DNA of 64,000 bases from Parasitella parasitica NRRL 2501 (taxonomy: Eukaryota > Fungi > Mucoromycota). The position numbers and the translations under genes are program-made. Below the pieces are notes generated by a model. It was not told the origin of the DNA and did no database searches. It saw only the letters and a program-made list of their open reading frames with translations. The stretch is from NCBI GenBank assembly GCA_025201805.1, contig MU619246.1:299627-363626 (forward strand), written 5' to 3'. Numbering within the stretch: the stretch's first letter is position 1; each line of letters opens with the position of its first letter. This document shows, piece after piece, positions 1 to 14,900 of this stretch.

Positions 1-1391
1 CATTTTCAGTCATTAAACCGCCACAACCGCAACCACAACTACCACAATCTTCTAGTTCATCGACATCTACATCACCCAGAAACAATAGCAGTAACGCACA
101 AACTACCACAACAGAAGCTAAACCTTACCCTTGTCCAGAATGTCATCAGACATTTAGCAGACCTCATAATTTGAAATCTCACCTTACGACACATTCATCC
201 GAGAGACCTTTCCAGGTAAGAAAAAACCAGTCTATAATACAAGAATTTTATTAATTTAAATTATAATAGTGTGATGTGTGTAATCATCATTTTAGGAGAC
301 ATCATGATCTCAAACGCCACCAAAAATTACATACTGGAGAGCGCCCTTATGTTTGCAAGGATTGTTTTCGTTCATTCGCAAGACTAGATGCATTGAATCG
401 TCATCGTCGTGCGGAGGGTGGCACAGCTTGCAGTGCCGTACATCAACAACAACAACAGCAACATCAGCAGCAACAGCAACAGCAAAATCAACAGCAACAG
501 CAACAGCAACAGCAACAACATCGCCATGAACGTGCTAATCATGAATCTGTGATTGTAGAAAAACCTACTCCTACCATGACTATCGCAATATCTACTACTA
601 CCACTACTAACACTCTCCCTCCAACAAACGCCACCTTTCGTTCTAATAACAGTGGCGCTGTTACGACCTCACCACCACCACCACAATCACAGCAGCATGC
701 TGCTAGTGCAACAACATCGCGTCCGAATATTCCTCAGCTACATATCCCTCATCCTGCCTCACATTTGTATCCTAAAGATTCTCCTATACCTCCAACACAT
801 TCACCGCCAAAGCAACAATTACTGCCTTCTCCAAGCGCTTTATCTACATTACCAATCGCGAGTAGTAGTAATCTAACACCAATTTATCAACAGCAAACCA
901 AAAGTTTACCCACAACACCATCATCACCACCAAAAAATAGCAGTAGTAGTAGATATCATCCTTATCAACAATGGTCGCCTTATCACCACAAACATCAACA
1001 GCGCCCAACATTACCCCCTCTCTCATCCCCTCCTCCGTTCCAACAACAAGAAATATCAAATTTCGAAAGACTGCAACAAGAAAATGAAGAGCTAAAACGT
1101 GACATTAATAACTTGAGAACAATGGCACAAAAAGAAGCAAACTCACTGAAATCTCGAGTACATGATCTAGAAGTCGAGGTAAATTTCTTTATTCTTTCCG
1201 TGCTGCATTATCGTATTAATTGGTTATTGTTCTAGAACAAAGTTTTGCGCTCGTTGATTCATAATCCTATTAATACCAACAACACAGTCCAAACAACAAC
1301 AGCAGCGGCAACATCTTCATCAGAACAGCACTGTCGTAGTAATAGTCAAAGTAGCAGTACTAGTGGCAGCATTCATAGCAACAATCACTAA
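1..1391 (+). CDS. C2H2 zinc-finger transcription factor (5' end outside window), three fingers, polyQ, C-terminal coiled coil
   Basis: Fingers YPCPECHQTFSRPHNLKSHLTTH, CDVCNHHFRRHHDLKRHQKLHTGERPY and CKDCFRSFARLDALNRH. GT-AG introns at 216-269 and 1179-1235; stop TAA 1389-1391. Confidence 0.9.
441..521 (+). repeat. CAA/CAG polyglutamine tract in the C2H2 factor
   Basis: Mixed caa/cag codons encoding a long, interrupted Q run. Confidence 0.9.
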
Positions 1392-4300
1392 ATTTAATAA
1401 CAATAAAATTCCCTGTTTACATACAAACAGAAGCAAGTGGCTTTACATTGCATATATATATGTATGTATCGTACGTTTCGCTGAATGTGGCAAATAACTT
1501 CTTTAAAAACGGTGCACATTTTTTTTTTCTCTTGGCAGCAATATACCCAGTGCGACATTATCTGATTTGTGTTTAACTTTTTGTTCAAGTGTTGCAGAAA
1601 ATATTACTCGAAATAGTGCATAACCGCCTTCGTAGCTGGTACGAGTGTAGCACAATGTGAAGGCTGCATATACAGGGAAGACAAACAATCACCAGTGAAT
1701 GGACAGCTTGTTGTGAATGTAATCATAAAATCGTGGTGGTGGATGTATAACTTAAGTATTTGTATTTTACATTATGACTTTTTTACAAAGCAAAGAGCAT
1801 ATTTCGTATATCGGTTGATCCATTCTGTAATAAATGATGACTTGTTCCCGATAAGCAGCGTTTGATTATCTACCGTCTGGGCAATCTGACGCTATCAGTA
1901 TGACTTGATTTCTAAATAGATGTTTAATTCAACCTGAAAGAAAGGTAAAAGTCATAGATTGTAAAAGCCTGCAATTTTTAATCACGATGCAATCGAAAAA
2001 TTAACCAGCATATCCTTCTGCATCTGTATATTGACAAGTAAAGTAAGTTTTTATTTTAAATTAAATACAATGCCATGTGAATAAACACTATTATCTATAA
2101 ATTCGCGCCAGTTATGACCTCTTTTTTTTTTTTTGGAAATATAAACTTTGATATTGGCACCAATATGTTGGTAATGCGTTTATAACTCGAGTAATCGATA
2201 AAAGAAAAAGCAGATATGCACATATTTGAAGGGAACAAAAATCTATTCAAAAGGCACATGTTTTGCAATGCGAAATGTTGAAGAAGAATACGTATCATAA
2301 AATCAAGATAAATACAAAAAATTAACGTGAAAAATAAATAATGCCTTACTAATTCATATCGAAAGTCAAGCGATACGCTGTACACTCTGCCTTGTTTAAA
2401 AAATATATTTAATTATACCTTGCTGCGTCTGCAACACGTCAATTCTTGTTATTTCTGTAGCATTGATAATTATGCAGGGAAGAATACTTGACACTTTGAT
2501 AAAATAACCAATCCGTTTGTTTATCTGTCCACATGATTGTTCAATAATGGCATCTATGCAAACCCTCCAATTGGAAGCATATCGATACAGCAAGGTAAAG
2601 TACCAAACATCAAATTCTTTCCCTATAAATTACCAAAACTTACCTAAAATCAAGTCTATATCACACTAAACTTCTTTGCTATACTTATTTACATTTCCGC
2701 TACTACTCCAAATTACGCATTTACATGAGATAGGTGTCTATCCAGAATAACCAGCAAAAAGCAGTAAAATATCACAACATCGCCCATAACATACTGTGAA
2801 ATACATTCATTATTCTAGATTCATCCAGTTACCTTAAATTGATGAAGACTATGATATGCGCACATTTAATAAGATATACAACAATCAGATTTATACTATG
2901 TCAGATATATGTTAGAGAGGGCAACATTAGGATGGATGACGCTATAGACTTATAATTATATATCTCGACACGAGCCTTAAACATTTACTAGATTTAGTGT
3001 ATGCTACGGGCTTATGCCATATAAGGTCTATGCTTCAGATGTTTATTCTCCGTTTTGAGATGAGCATTTCAAGACATATACTTATTTCCATGATACTAGC
3101 TACAGATACATTATGTACTACAGATCTGCAAATTATGTGCAATGCTATAGACATGCTATAGATAGATATATACAAAGATGAATATCAAGTGATATATACT
3201 CAGACATGTACTTTTAATATACACTAAATAAGAGTATACTAAAAATGATATACGCTTGTGGATCAATTTAATAATCTTTGTAGGGTAAATTAATCAGGGT
3301 ATTCCGGGCTAAGTCTATCTACTCACTCAGATAGATCAGTTGTCTTTAGTCTACTGAGATGTCGTTTAGCACAAAATTAAAAATGCTACTTAATCAGAAT
3401 TGTCGTTCAGTTAAATTGCGAGAATAGAACATTTATCCATGGCATAAGTATATAAAGGTTTATTTACCTGGCCAGTAGATGGACTGAAGCTTTATACGCC
3501 TGTTGATTTGATAATAAAACCTATACCTTTATCAAGTTGGCATTTATTTAATTTATTTCATTGAATCTATATAACATTTTGTACTGATTCCACACATACC
3601 ATCTAAAAGAAACCCAAAGGTGCAAACTATAAGATTGCTGAGTCCTCCAATTCATAAAATGAGAAATGATTCAAATAAAACGGTTGTGAACTAATCAGGT
3701 AAAGATCTTGTTTATTACATGAAAATATAATGGTTCATATACTAGTAAATCTAAGTAGGTTGACGGAGATGGGGATAAGGTATAAGTGAGAAATAGTGTG
3801 ATTTAAAGAATAGGACGCTAGACTGTATCTATTGGCCCTGAGCATGTTATGTTGAGAGTTATAAATTTGGATGATCCAAGCATTGAATTTACTTGCTTTT
3901 GACTTCCGGTTGGGATCAAGTAACCAACCAATAGCAGTGATTTTGAATGCAAAATATAACATTATAGTCCATAATGTACCTGAATCAAATCCGTATCTCA
4001 AGACTTTTTTGCTGTACTCATGTATACACTCCCTCAATCCTTCCATGCAGCTTTGCATAAGGATGATGTATTCATGCGGAGCAATAAACAAAAAACAGTA
4101 ATTTCTTTGTAAAATATCACAGCATTGCCCATAAATTACCATCTAAAAGACAGTAAAGCGCGCAAAATAACTAGCCGATATCTCAGAAAAAATTGCTATT
4201 ACCTCCTCCTTATTATTTTACGTAAGGATAACGCAAATCTGTCCAGAGTAATTAGCAAAAAGCTGCTGATATTGACTGTGAAAAAGTACAATATCTTCCA

Positions 4301-4687
4301 TACTTTGCGAGAATCAAGTCCATATACCACCAAACTTCTAGGCAGTGCTCGCCTGCATTGCCTCTACTCCTCTGTACAGTTTGTGTCAGTGTGATGTCCC
4401 TATTCAGAGTAAGCGGCAATCATCCACGACCCCACCTCTTGAAAAAATTCATGTCAAACACACTGGATACAATAATAATAAAATAATCCAACTATTTGGC
4501 AAATTTTTAGTGTACACTAGGATGTACAGATTTATCGTATTGCTATATCTCTAATTATTGTCATCATTTGAACATGGTCCTTTCCTCCACACAGATGTGC
4601 ACAGTTATTTATCTCCTTTCACATACAGCTTTGCCATCAAGTAGAATATTAATGAAAAAAACAAATATTGAGAAGAGATGCCTGTTT

Positions 4688-5799
4688 TTATTGAAAAGCC
4701 AAATTAAATTTCTCTGCAACTGCCGTTGTACTAGCACTAGCAAATCCTGTTCCTTCAGGGCTCATGTCTATTATATCTTTTGTTTTTGTTTTCTTTTCGC
4801 ATACATAGCAGTTTTTGGATTTTGCCACAAACATGCCAATACAATGATTACAGAGAACATGTCCACAGTTTCGCAAAACTATGAAAAAAGCCTCATTTAT
4901 TACTAGTTCGTCTCGATAATGTAGCATTAGCTTACCAGAAAGTTTTGATGCATTTGTCAATGTTTTCAAGCAAGCAGGGCAGACATTTTTGCTCTTGCTG
5001 CCATCTTCTTTTTGAAACTTGACATCTATCAACGACTTGATACTTAGAGGATGTGTCTTCTCTGCAGCAGTACATATCACTTGTATTTTGGTAGCCTTTA
5101 AAGCTGAGGGATCTGCAGCTGGTGTCACTGAGGGCTGTATAGATTGATTGAATTTAGCACAAAAAATAGCTATTGATTTATAAATTCCCTTTACCACCCA
5201 AAATGATCCAATTTTTGGTTTAGAGGCTTCCTCCTTTTCCTTCTTCAACTGTGCAGCTGTCTTTTCGACTTCTTGCTCCTGGATTGAGCGAATGTCATCC
5301 GACAACTTGCGCTTTTTTTCATTAGGTTTGTTTTTTTCAGTTGTGGAATCATCTTTAAGTTCATTTTTGATAGTAGGACGTTGGCGGCCACCCAACATGC
5401 TATGTTGTGTCTTGTCAAAATTATCTAAAATGACACGTTTTGCTTCTAATTCTTCCTGCACTTTTTGTTGCTCTGATTCTTGGTTTTTCATGTCGATCAC
5501 CTTTTGTTCGTGCTTTATGGCCTGTTTTTGTTGCAAGATGTTCTCATACATACATTCACGGCAAGCTAGATGTCCTTCAGCGCAGCAGACAGGATCTCTT
5601 GCTGTTTGAAGACATAGGAAGCAGGCATCATAATTTCTAAACGAGTCCCGTCCTAAACGTTGCTGTTCCAAAGCATTGAGTATATTATTACTTGTAAGGC
5701 AATCGGAAAACTTACTCTTTTAGTGCCATATTCGAGGGTGTGCGATTCATGGTAAGTGAATACACTGGATGCAGTATTATTCTTTGAATGGCGAGGCAT
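4688..5799 (-). CDS. NOSIP: Nitric oxide synthase-interacting protein (NOSIP) homolog, RING/U-box spliceosome-associated protein
   Basis: Starts MPRHSKNNTASSVFTYHE; QRLGRDSFRNYDACFLCLQTARDPV; C-terminal CPACLKTLTN...CGHVLCNHC...GTGFA. Three introns. Confidence 0.9.
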
Positions 5800-5930
5800 A
5801 ATTTTAGGTAGAAGAAGCGATTCACGGAACTGAGAGGGTTTGAAAGGTTTTGGAAATCTTTGTCACATCCCATTTAGAATCCCAGTCCTTTTGTCCAGAA
5901 GTTTGCATTTTGTTTCCTTTGCTTTCTTAT

Positions 5931-8216
5931 ATGGGTGATCATAAACACAAAAAAGAGAAAAAGCTTTCAAAGAGAGAGCATAGAGACTCTTCCAGTAGTA
6001 GAGATCATAAAAAACACAAGAAGAGTAGCTCCTCGCGCCACAAAGCTGAACGGCAAGAAGAAATCGACTACTCTGACCCTTCTCTTTGGGTTGAGGCTGG
6101 AGGAAACTCTTCAGAACTAACACCAGCCGATTATTTAACAAGTCAACAAAAGGCAAATGAAGCTAAAGGACAAGAGCATGATATCTCTTCTATGCCTAAA
6201 GAAAAAGATGCTCCTCATGGTTGGATGCTAGATGGCGGTTTAGATTTTGGAGATATGGGATCAGCACGTATCAAAAAAGAAGATAAACCCAAGCCAAACC
6301 CTGATTTTGTAAAGTTTTCCGCTAGTTTTTTCATAGAATTATGAATACTAACAATAATTTGTCTTGCAATTCTAGCCTAAAGTCAGTGAAAGAGAATTAA
6401 ATCAGCATCTAGTTCAAGGTACCAAACTTGAAGACTACCCAGTGGAGCAGAAAAAGTCGATCAAATTTGGTGATGCTGGCTCAAATTGGCGTATGATGAA
6501 GCTGAAACGTACAAAAGAGCAAGCTGAAGATGAAGGTAGACCACTAAAGGAAGTTGGAATTGAGAAATATGGGGTATGGCTCAAAAAATTAACACTCTAT
6601 AATTATTGTTGTTGATCACATTGTATTTAGTCGGTTGAGAAATTCGAAGAAGCTTTGGCTGAAAGGGAGTATTTAGATGGAAGAAAAAGTGGTCGAAGAG
6701 GCAATGATAGACACGGTCGAGATAGAGAATATACTAGACACAGAGATGATGAGAGAAAGAACGCAAGAGATGGACGTGAAAATTCTTCCAGTGGAGATAA
6801 TGATAGAGGGCCTCGTTATGTCTTTACAGAAACTGACTCTCAGCAAAAATCTTTCAAGCGTCCTGAAGTTCCAAGACGTCCTTCACCTCCTCCTCGTAAT
6901 CTATCAGCATCTACACCAATCTCAACTCCAGTACCTATTATACCCCAAACAACAATGCCTGTTCAAATTGAAGCACTTACTCGTGACCAGTTAAACAAGC
7001 TAAACTCAAAGATAGTTAAAGCTAGGCTAATGGGCTCGGATAACGTTGATGCTTTAGAAAAGGAATATCAGTTGGAGTTGGAAAAGTTTGAGCAGGCTGA
7101 AAGTTCAGTCCAAGTACTCCCTTCTTTAGATAGCCAAGGTCGTTTGTACGATTATGCTATGAAACAGGGCAACTCAGAACACGAAGCACTAAAGGGCAAA
7201 AAGAAATATGAAGGGACTCATGATAAAATGACGGGAGAAAGACTTCGTTACGGTACATCGGATGATACATTGTCAATAGCAGAAATGGTTAGGCAGGAAC
7301 GCGGCGGTAACAGCCGAATTTCGAATATGGATATGGAATTTGCAAATCGTATAATGGCAGATGCAACGTTTGAAAACAATTTGGATTACATGGACGACAA
7401 GGCTGATATCATGGCATCAAAGAAGGGCGCAACAGAAGAACAAAAAATGAGACGTGCAGTAGCCGATCATAAGCGCACGCAAGATACATTGAGTCGTTGC
7501 AAATTTTGCTATCAAAACGGCAACGCCCCTCAAGTAGCCATGATTTCTTTGGGAACAGCTTGCTATCTAGCTCTACCAAATGTTCAAGAATTGACACCTG
7601 GAAATTGTTTGATTGTGCCTGTTCAGCATGTATCTTCTACTTTGGAATGTGATGATGAAATTTGGACAGAAATTAGAGTAAGTGTCTTGGATGTTCTTTA
7701 TTAATTGATGAGACAATGACTTGACGAATTCCATTATAGAACTTTCAAAAATGTCTAATGAAAATGTTCCATGAACAAGAAAAAGGTGTAGTATTTATGG
7801 AAACAGTTATCAATCTAAGACAACAACGACATGCCGTTATTGAAGCCATACCAATTCCTTATGGTATTTATGAAGATGCCCCTGCTTATTTTAAAGAAGC
7901 TATCATGGCATCAGGCGAAGAATGGTCTCAACATAAAAAGGTTATCGACACATCTGTCCGTGGATTCCGGAATTCAATGGTGCCTAATTTACCCTACTTT
8001 CATGTTTGGTTTGGACTGGATAAAGGATATGGCCATGTTATTGAAAATTCAAAAGATTTCCCATATTGGTTTGGAAAAGAGGTGATAGCAGGTATGATGG
8101 ATATTGGGCCTGAGTTATGGAGAAAGCCTCGATATCATCATGCTGCAGAGAATCACTCTAGACAACAAGAATTTTTGAAATCATGGGCGAAATGGGACTG
8201 GACAGCAGCCTTGTAG
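5931..8216 (+). CDS. CWF19L2: CWF19-like protein 2 (CwfJ C-terminal domains), spliceosome factor
   Basis: FGDAGSNWRMMKLKR motif; CKFC...GNCLIVPVQHVSSTLECDDEIWTEIRNF; EEWSQHKKVIDT; LPYFHVWFGLDKGYGHVIE. Three introns. Confidence 0.9.
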
Positions 8217-8275
8217 ATAATAATTATTCGACTATTTTAACTTGATATAAATAAAAATGCTTCTCTGATTATTTA

Positions 8276-11200
8276 TTATGTTAACTTTGTATAGCTTGGT
8301 GGAGCAATTCTTCGTCGAATCATTTTCACAAAGTACAATGGACAGCTGCTGACAGCAGTGATTACTGCCACTTTCCAAATAAACCTACCTGTTAAGATAA
8401 ATGTCATGTCAAAGTAAGTCGGCAATAACCACATTGATCCGAAATATATCAAAACAGTAATTAATTCGGCTAAAATCATGAAACGATGCCTACAAAATAT
8501 AGAAGTAAGCAAATTATTAAATGCATCATCCCGCTGTGAAAACTCACCATGTGTTGATTTCCAAAGCAACCATCAATAATTCGTTGAAAATCAACGCAGT
8601 AAAGGAGATGGCAACGATATGAATAAACTCGTCTTCAAACAATATGATTGATAGAATCATGATCGCACCTCCCTGGTAAACACTAATGAGTAGCCAAGTA
8701 AAAAATGTTCGATAGGATAACGAGCGGCCCTTTGTCAAGTCTTTATAAAGTTCTGGATACATCATGGCGATTTCTTCGCTAACATCCTGGTCCAAGACAA
8801 GTGAGAAGACAGGGGCATTCGTGTATATTGTAGCGTAGCCTACAATCAGCATGCCTTGATACAAAGCAATAGGTGCAAAATAGAACAATGCTGAAAATAC
8901 GGCTTGCATGACTGAGATAATTAGACCACGATGAATTACAAACTGTGATAATTTCGCTGATCTTTTATAACAGTTCCTTCCATGCCACACTTGAAAAAAA
9001 GAGTTAGAATATACTTTTTTGTCTAAAATACAAGTTGGCTTACACAGTAGTTTTGTCAAGTAGCTAAATTGAGTAATTGAAAAATCAGCAGCTAGTGAAG
9101 CTTGTTTTCCTTCTTTACCAACAATGCCAACGCCAACATCGGCAGCTTGAATCATGCTAACATCATTACCACCATCTCCAATGCAAAGCACTCTTTTCTT
9201 GGTGTACTCTTTGATTAAGCGAGTGATATCAGCCTTTTGAGTTGGGGAGCATCGACAACAGACAACAACTGGTAATAATGTCACCATTTCAATAAATTCA
9301 TCGACATATTTGTCTAAACAGAGCTGCAACGATTCGCCATCAATGACTAGACAGTTGTCTGTCTTTGTGCGTAAATTATCAATCTCATCCCATGCCTCCA
9401 TGGGAGTTTTGACTGTCTCATGTTAATGTCTTATAGCATTTTAAACATGTTGATTATGCTTACTTTTAGATATGGTATGAATGCCCTGATTTCTTGACAC
9501 CAGTTTTGATGAAATCGCAATACAAGTTGCAGTTTCAATTTTATCCCCAGTCAACATCCAAACCTTTAAACCAGCATTTCTCATCTGCTCTAATGTGTTC
9601 TTGACACCATCCTGTAACTTATCTTCGACGCCAGTTAATCCTAGTAATTCCAAATTGGATTCCAATAATGATTCTACAACGGCTTGCTTCAACGTATTAC
9701 GTTCATGCAGAGATACTTCCGCTTCACGGTATTTTGCTGTGAAATCAAGGTATGCATCCTCTGATAGATTCTTTTTGGCAACAACCAACGTACGCAAGCC
9801 TTCTCTTGCCATATTATCGCATTCTTCGTTTAGCCAATCGTTGTATTGAACAATTCTAGCCATAACAGCATCAGCGCCCTTTTCGAAGAAGGTAATTTCC
9901 TGGTTTTGTCGATTTCGTACGATGATGCCCATCCGTTTAGTTTCACTAGTAAATGGAAATATATTCAAGACGTCAAAGTAAAGTAACTCGCCAGTTGCAT
10001 CTACTCGTAACTCGATTGTGTTTACATCACGGTTGAATAGAGTCAAGCCCATGTGTTCTGTCCACTTTACAATAGCAACCTCATCAGGGCTGGAGGCTTG
10101 GTAGGTGATATCTCCATCAAGACTTGTTGAGGGTGTTACATTATGGCAAAGAGCCAAAGCTTGCACAATCTCTTTGATACGCACAGAAATATTACGACGG
10201 CTCTTGTTCAGCTCCTGTTGTGAACCGAAAGCAGTTGCTAAATGTGTCTGAATTTCGTCCATGGTATCTGACCCGTATGACATTGTACCCATATGCAATT
10301 TCTTTAATTCCATGTCATTTTGCGTAAGCGTTCCGGTTTTATCTGTCAACAAGTATTCCACTCGACCAAGTTCCTCAGGCAAAGTACTGGTTCTAACGAT
10401 AGTGCCTATGATTTCAGAGTCATGCTCAATTTGGCGAGCATAAACACTTTTGCCCATGTCCAGATTCACACGAAGACCAATAGGAATAATGGAAGAAAAT
10501 AGAATCAAGAATCTAAACACATAGATATACCAAACACCACGAAATCCGTTTAATCCAACCATGATCACTGATAACGCAAGAGTAACGACAAACAAAATCT
10601 AGTAGTGCATTAGTTAAATGACTGAATCGCAAATGAAAAGGGTTACCTTGGCCAACTGATTGATTTCTTGATCAATCAATCCTACTTTTGTCTTTGGATG
10701 GTTGGTATTCATGACTGCACGAGTATCTTTACCCGTGTAAATGACAAATCCAATAGCCGAGCCTGATGCTAAAACTGTATTTGTCCACATTGTGTTTTCA
10801 ACACCCAGAGGTTCAATCTGTTCTGCACCAGTATGAGAATCATTCACAGATATTGTACCGACAAAGCTATGAATATCTTTGTGTGGCGCATCAGCATAAA
10901 CATGTCCTTTGATGTCTAATAAATCCTGATCTGAGGGTAGTCTCTGCAGCGAAGCTATCGCCAAACGTAATTTCCAATCTGTCTCGCCATCTAACTGATC
11001 TGTTCTAATGAAGCTTGCACCAGACTCTTCCGTTGTTCGCAGCAAAATCATATCTGCTGGAATTCTTTGGTCCTTCATAATGTGAATTAAATCACCAACT
11101 CTGATTTTTGAACTTGGGATATTCTGGCTTCCAGAATTTGTCAGTCGTCGATAGAGCTGTGAGTTTGCTTCTTTATCACGTTTGTAGCGTTGGTAATCAT

Positions 11201-11832
11201 CTAACGCTTCTTTGCTGATAGTGATCAATAGCACAAAGCACAGAGGGCCAAAGTAAGTGAGAATGTAGCCAATTTTCAGAGCTGGTATAAATTGTGATAA
11301 TGCAACCAGCAGAAAGTATAGATTGAAGAAAATCACAAACTTTTTACTTGGGATTTTAGTTTTTAGAGACTTTGCCAGTTTATAGCTCCCAACTTACTTG
11401 TTCAAACAATACGACAGGTAAAAATGTGATGATGTTGTATTTTTGATTGATGATAACATTAGCACAATATCTTTTCTTTTCTTTATCTAAAAAAAATTGA
11501 CGTTAAAATTTTCTTGGCATAGAGAAACCGTGTCCATGCACTATAATACCGTCTGCTCCAAGTGATATTGTTCTTGGTGATGGTGCTTTCTTTTTTGTAA
11601 GACAAGAGAATATACTGTTGGACTTCTTCTCTTTTTTTGTGGGGACTTGCAGAGCTGAAGTAGAAGAGTGTCTTGGAGAGTTTGCTGAAGAAGGATTAAG
11701 TGCTGCTTCTTCATCTAATAAGGGATCTTCATCGCTATGTACTGAATCAGACGTTCGATGCTTCCTCACTTCTTGTCGATTTGCAAATGGATTTAATCTT
11801 CGAAGAGCTATCGGTCGAGAATCTCTAAACAT
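8276..11832 (-). CDS. NEO1: Class-2 P4-ATPase phospholipid flippase (Neo1/ATP9)
   Basis: [27 protein letters not shown], phosphorylation motif [42 protein letters not shown]-terminal PPSYTKL. Confidence 0.93.
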
Positions 11833-11970
11833 CTTTTGTACAGAAAGAAACGTACTTGATGAGCAATGCAAATCGCTGGTTATATACTATTGGCAGTCCT
11901 CTATGTCAGTGGGCTATTTGAATCTTACTCTTTTCCACTTTGTCATACGGTACATCTTTATTTCACGAGT

Positions 11971-14900
11971 ATGTTTTCTGCTACAGACCAATCTAAAGAG
12001 AAATTTATAGAAAATGCAAGATTACAAAGAGAAAAACGAGAAGAAGAGCGTACCAAAAAACTGCAACTTGAAAATGAAACTAAAGCCGCTACAACCATTC
12101 AGACATGGTGGAGGGGAAGAGAGCAAAGGTCAAAATCTCATGCACAATGCCAAGCATGGTGGCAGTCTTGTATGGAGTCTGACAAAATGTCAATCTTGGA
12201 TTTCTATCAACTTTTGGGTGTATATTGTATAATGAGTCATCACAATATCTCGCTAGGAGGATCAACTGGATTAAGACAACTTGTAAAACGTCTAACAAGT
12301 AACAAATTTAAGCATGCCAACAGCAATATACCTTACTACTGCCTGCTGATTGACATGAGATATAAGCACCAATCCTTAAAATACTTGAAGATTGTTATCA
12401 TGCTATGTATATCTCAATGTTCATCATCAAATGATACCACTTCCTTTGGACCTGAATTAACCTTTTTGTTGCAATACCTGAATCCAAAGACGTACAAGAC
12501 CAAGCACATTTTGGATCCTGTGCATGTTATCGATATTCCGGATAAAATCCTACAAAGCATTGGCCAGACTGTGTTGAGAACGACACTATGCCAATTCAAT
12601 TTACGAGATGCAATGATCCTGTGCGTACAGCAAATCATCAAGTTAGAAGACAGGAGAGATATTGCCAAACTGAATGCCTCAAAACTATGGCTATCCACAA
12701 TGACTCGATTAACACTATACCCTCTGGAACATGCAGAATCATCCTGGGATTCATTAGATATGCAAACGGCATCCCATTTTTTATGGACCAACACATTGGC
12801 GGTACCTTACATTACTTGCCTTATAAATAGCATGATGGCTGAGCGATTAGGCAAACTGGCACTGAGTACAGTGATGCCTTATTTAATAGAGTGCAAGAGC
12901 TCTGATTGTTTGGACCGACTAAGTGGGAATGGCAGTCTATTTCTTTTGGCAAATTTGATCGACCTTTGGAACAATGCAGGAAATGCGCTTAAAAATGAAA
13001 ATGGCATGCTAATCATCGAGTGGGTGAGATATTTTTTCAAGTTTATTGAACCGTGCTTTTCTGATATACAAACACCATCATTTCCTTCTTATCATCCTGT
13101 GTTCAAATGGTCAAGAGCTACATGGGGAAACAATATATCAAGTGCCGTTTTTGACAAAGTAATGGTTCAATTAGAATACGCCTGGTCTCGCTCATTCATG
13201 GATAAAATATTTGCAGACATTATTCAATTTGAACAAAAGTATCCGCCCAAGAGTATCAAAATCAACGATAATAGCAAACTACCTTTCGTGAAAAAGAATC
13301 GATTTGATGGTGGAAGTGGCACTAGTAACATTGGTCTATTCTCCGTTGAAGTTTCTTCGATGTTTTCCATGTATGTACAGCTAGCGCAACTATTTAAACC
13401 GCATCGAAAGGTCATATTGTATAGAATCGCATTTACTCCACATTTGATGTCTCAGCTATGGAAACTGATGAATTGTTTTGGCCCTGAAGGCAATATGGTC
13501 ATTTTTTTGAATGCAGCCAAGCAAACTGATATCAACAAAGAGCCACTTGTGGATATCTTGAAGGTTTTCTGCGAAGCATGTTCGATCGTTTTTCTGTGAG
13601 TATTTTATAAAGCTGTTTATGTACAAAAAAAAAAGTTTGTATTCATGAATGATTTAGAACTTTGGACGACATAGATATTTTCACTCAACAGAAACCTTTT
13701 TCGCCTTCGACTTTGATTCAGCTGAGCAGCTTCCTCAACCAATTCTACTTTACCCTGATTCAACAACATACTGACATCCCTAGTGAGCTCCCCGCTTCTG
13801 CAGTCTCTTTCAAATCAGCCCGTCGTCTTTTGCTACAAATTTTTGATCTGGATTTACGCTACTCTTTCTGTCCACCCAACCACTGGCTTCTACTTTCAAA
13901 GATCACTGGTATAAAATCTTTCTTCAGCGCGCTCTTTAATGAGAGCAGTAAAGATTCTCCCTCAGCTGCTATGTTTTTGGAAAAGCTGAAGCAAGGTGAT
14001 CCTATACCATTGCGAATCTTGCAGCTAATGCCCCATACTGTATCTTTTGACTTGCGATTAAAAATCTTTCGTGAGTGGGTTGCATTAGACAAATATATTA
14101 TGCCCAAAACAGCAAACAAGCACATTACAGTGAAGAGGTCTCAAATACTAGAAGATGGCTATCAGCAATTAGTTAATTTACCTACTTCTGTTTGGAAGGG
14201 TACTATTAGGGTATCTTTTGTCAATGAATTTGGTGTGTCAGAAGCAGGTGTAGATCAAGGTGGGCCTTTCAAAGGTATGTTCTATTGGAGTTTTTTTTTG
14301 TAAGTAAATATGCATTGATCAGGTGAATATTTTGTCTAGATTTCCTTACCATGATGATTGCGGAAGCATTTAAGCCAGAATATGGGTTATTTAGCTCAAC
14401 CGAATCAAACAGTTTTTATCCTAGCGCTACATCGAGCGTACATGGTAGCCACCACATACAATTGTTTGAATTTATTGGAAAAGCCATTGGCAAAGCTTTG
14501 TATGAAGGTGTGCTGTTAGATGTGCAGTTTGCCGAGTTTATATTAGCTCGTTTGCTTGGGCGCAATGTATTTTTGGAAGAGTTGAAAGAGTTGGATGAAG
14601 AGGTTTGGCGTAACTTGACGTTTGTCAAGCATTATGAAGGTATTTATACCGATTTTACCTGATTATCGCATTTGTGTTGAAGATATGATAGGAAATGTGG
14701 AAGACCTATGCTTATCATTCGAAGTTGATGAGCGCGTTTTTGGCAAAGTTGAAACTCGTGAACTGAAATTTGTACGTACTTCACCGTTTGGTGTAAACAA
14801 ATATCGTATATTAATACTGCTTTTAGAGAGGGGCAAATGCAACAGTTACAAACAGCAGTAAAATTGAATATATTTATCTCATGGCTGATTATAAACTTAA

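Noticed and set aside
11866-11970. Hydrophobic N-terminal extension on the HECT ligase ORF
   Set aside because: Homolog-like sequence begins at the Met at 11971; the upstream stretch is the shared promoter with NEO1.
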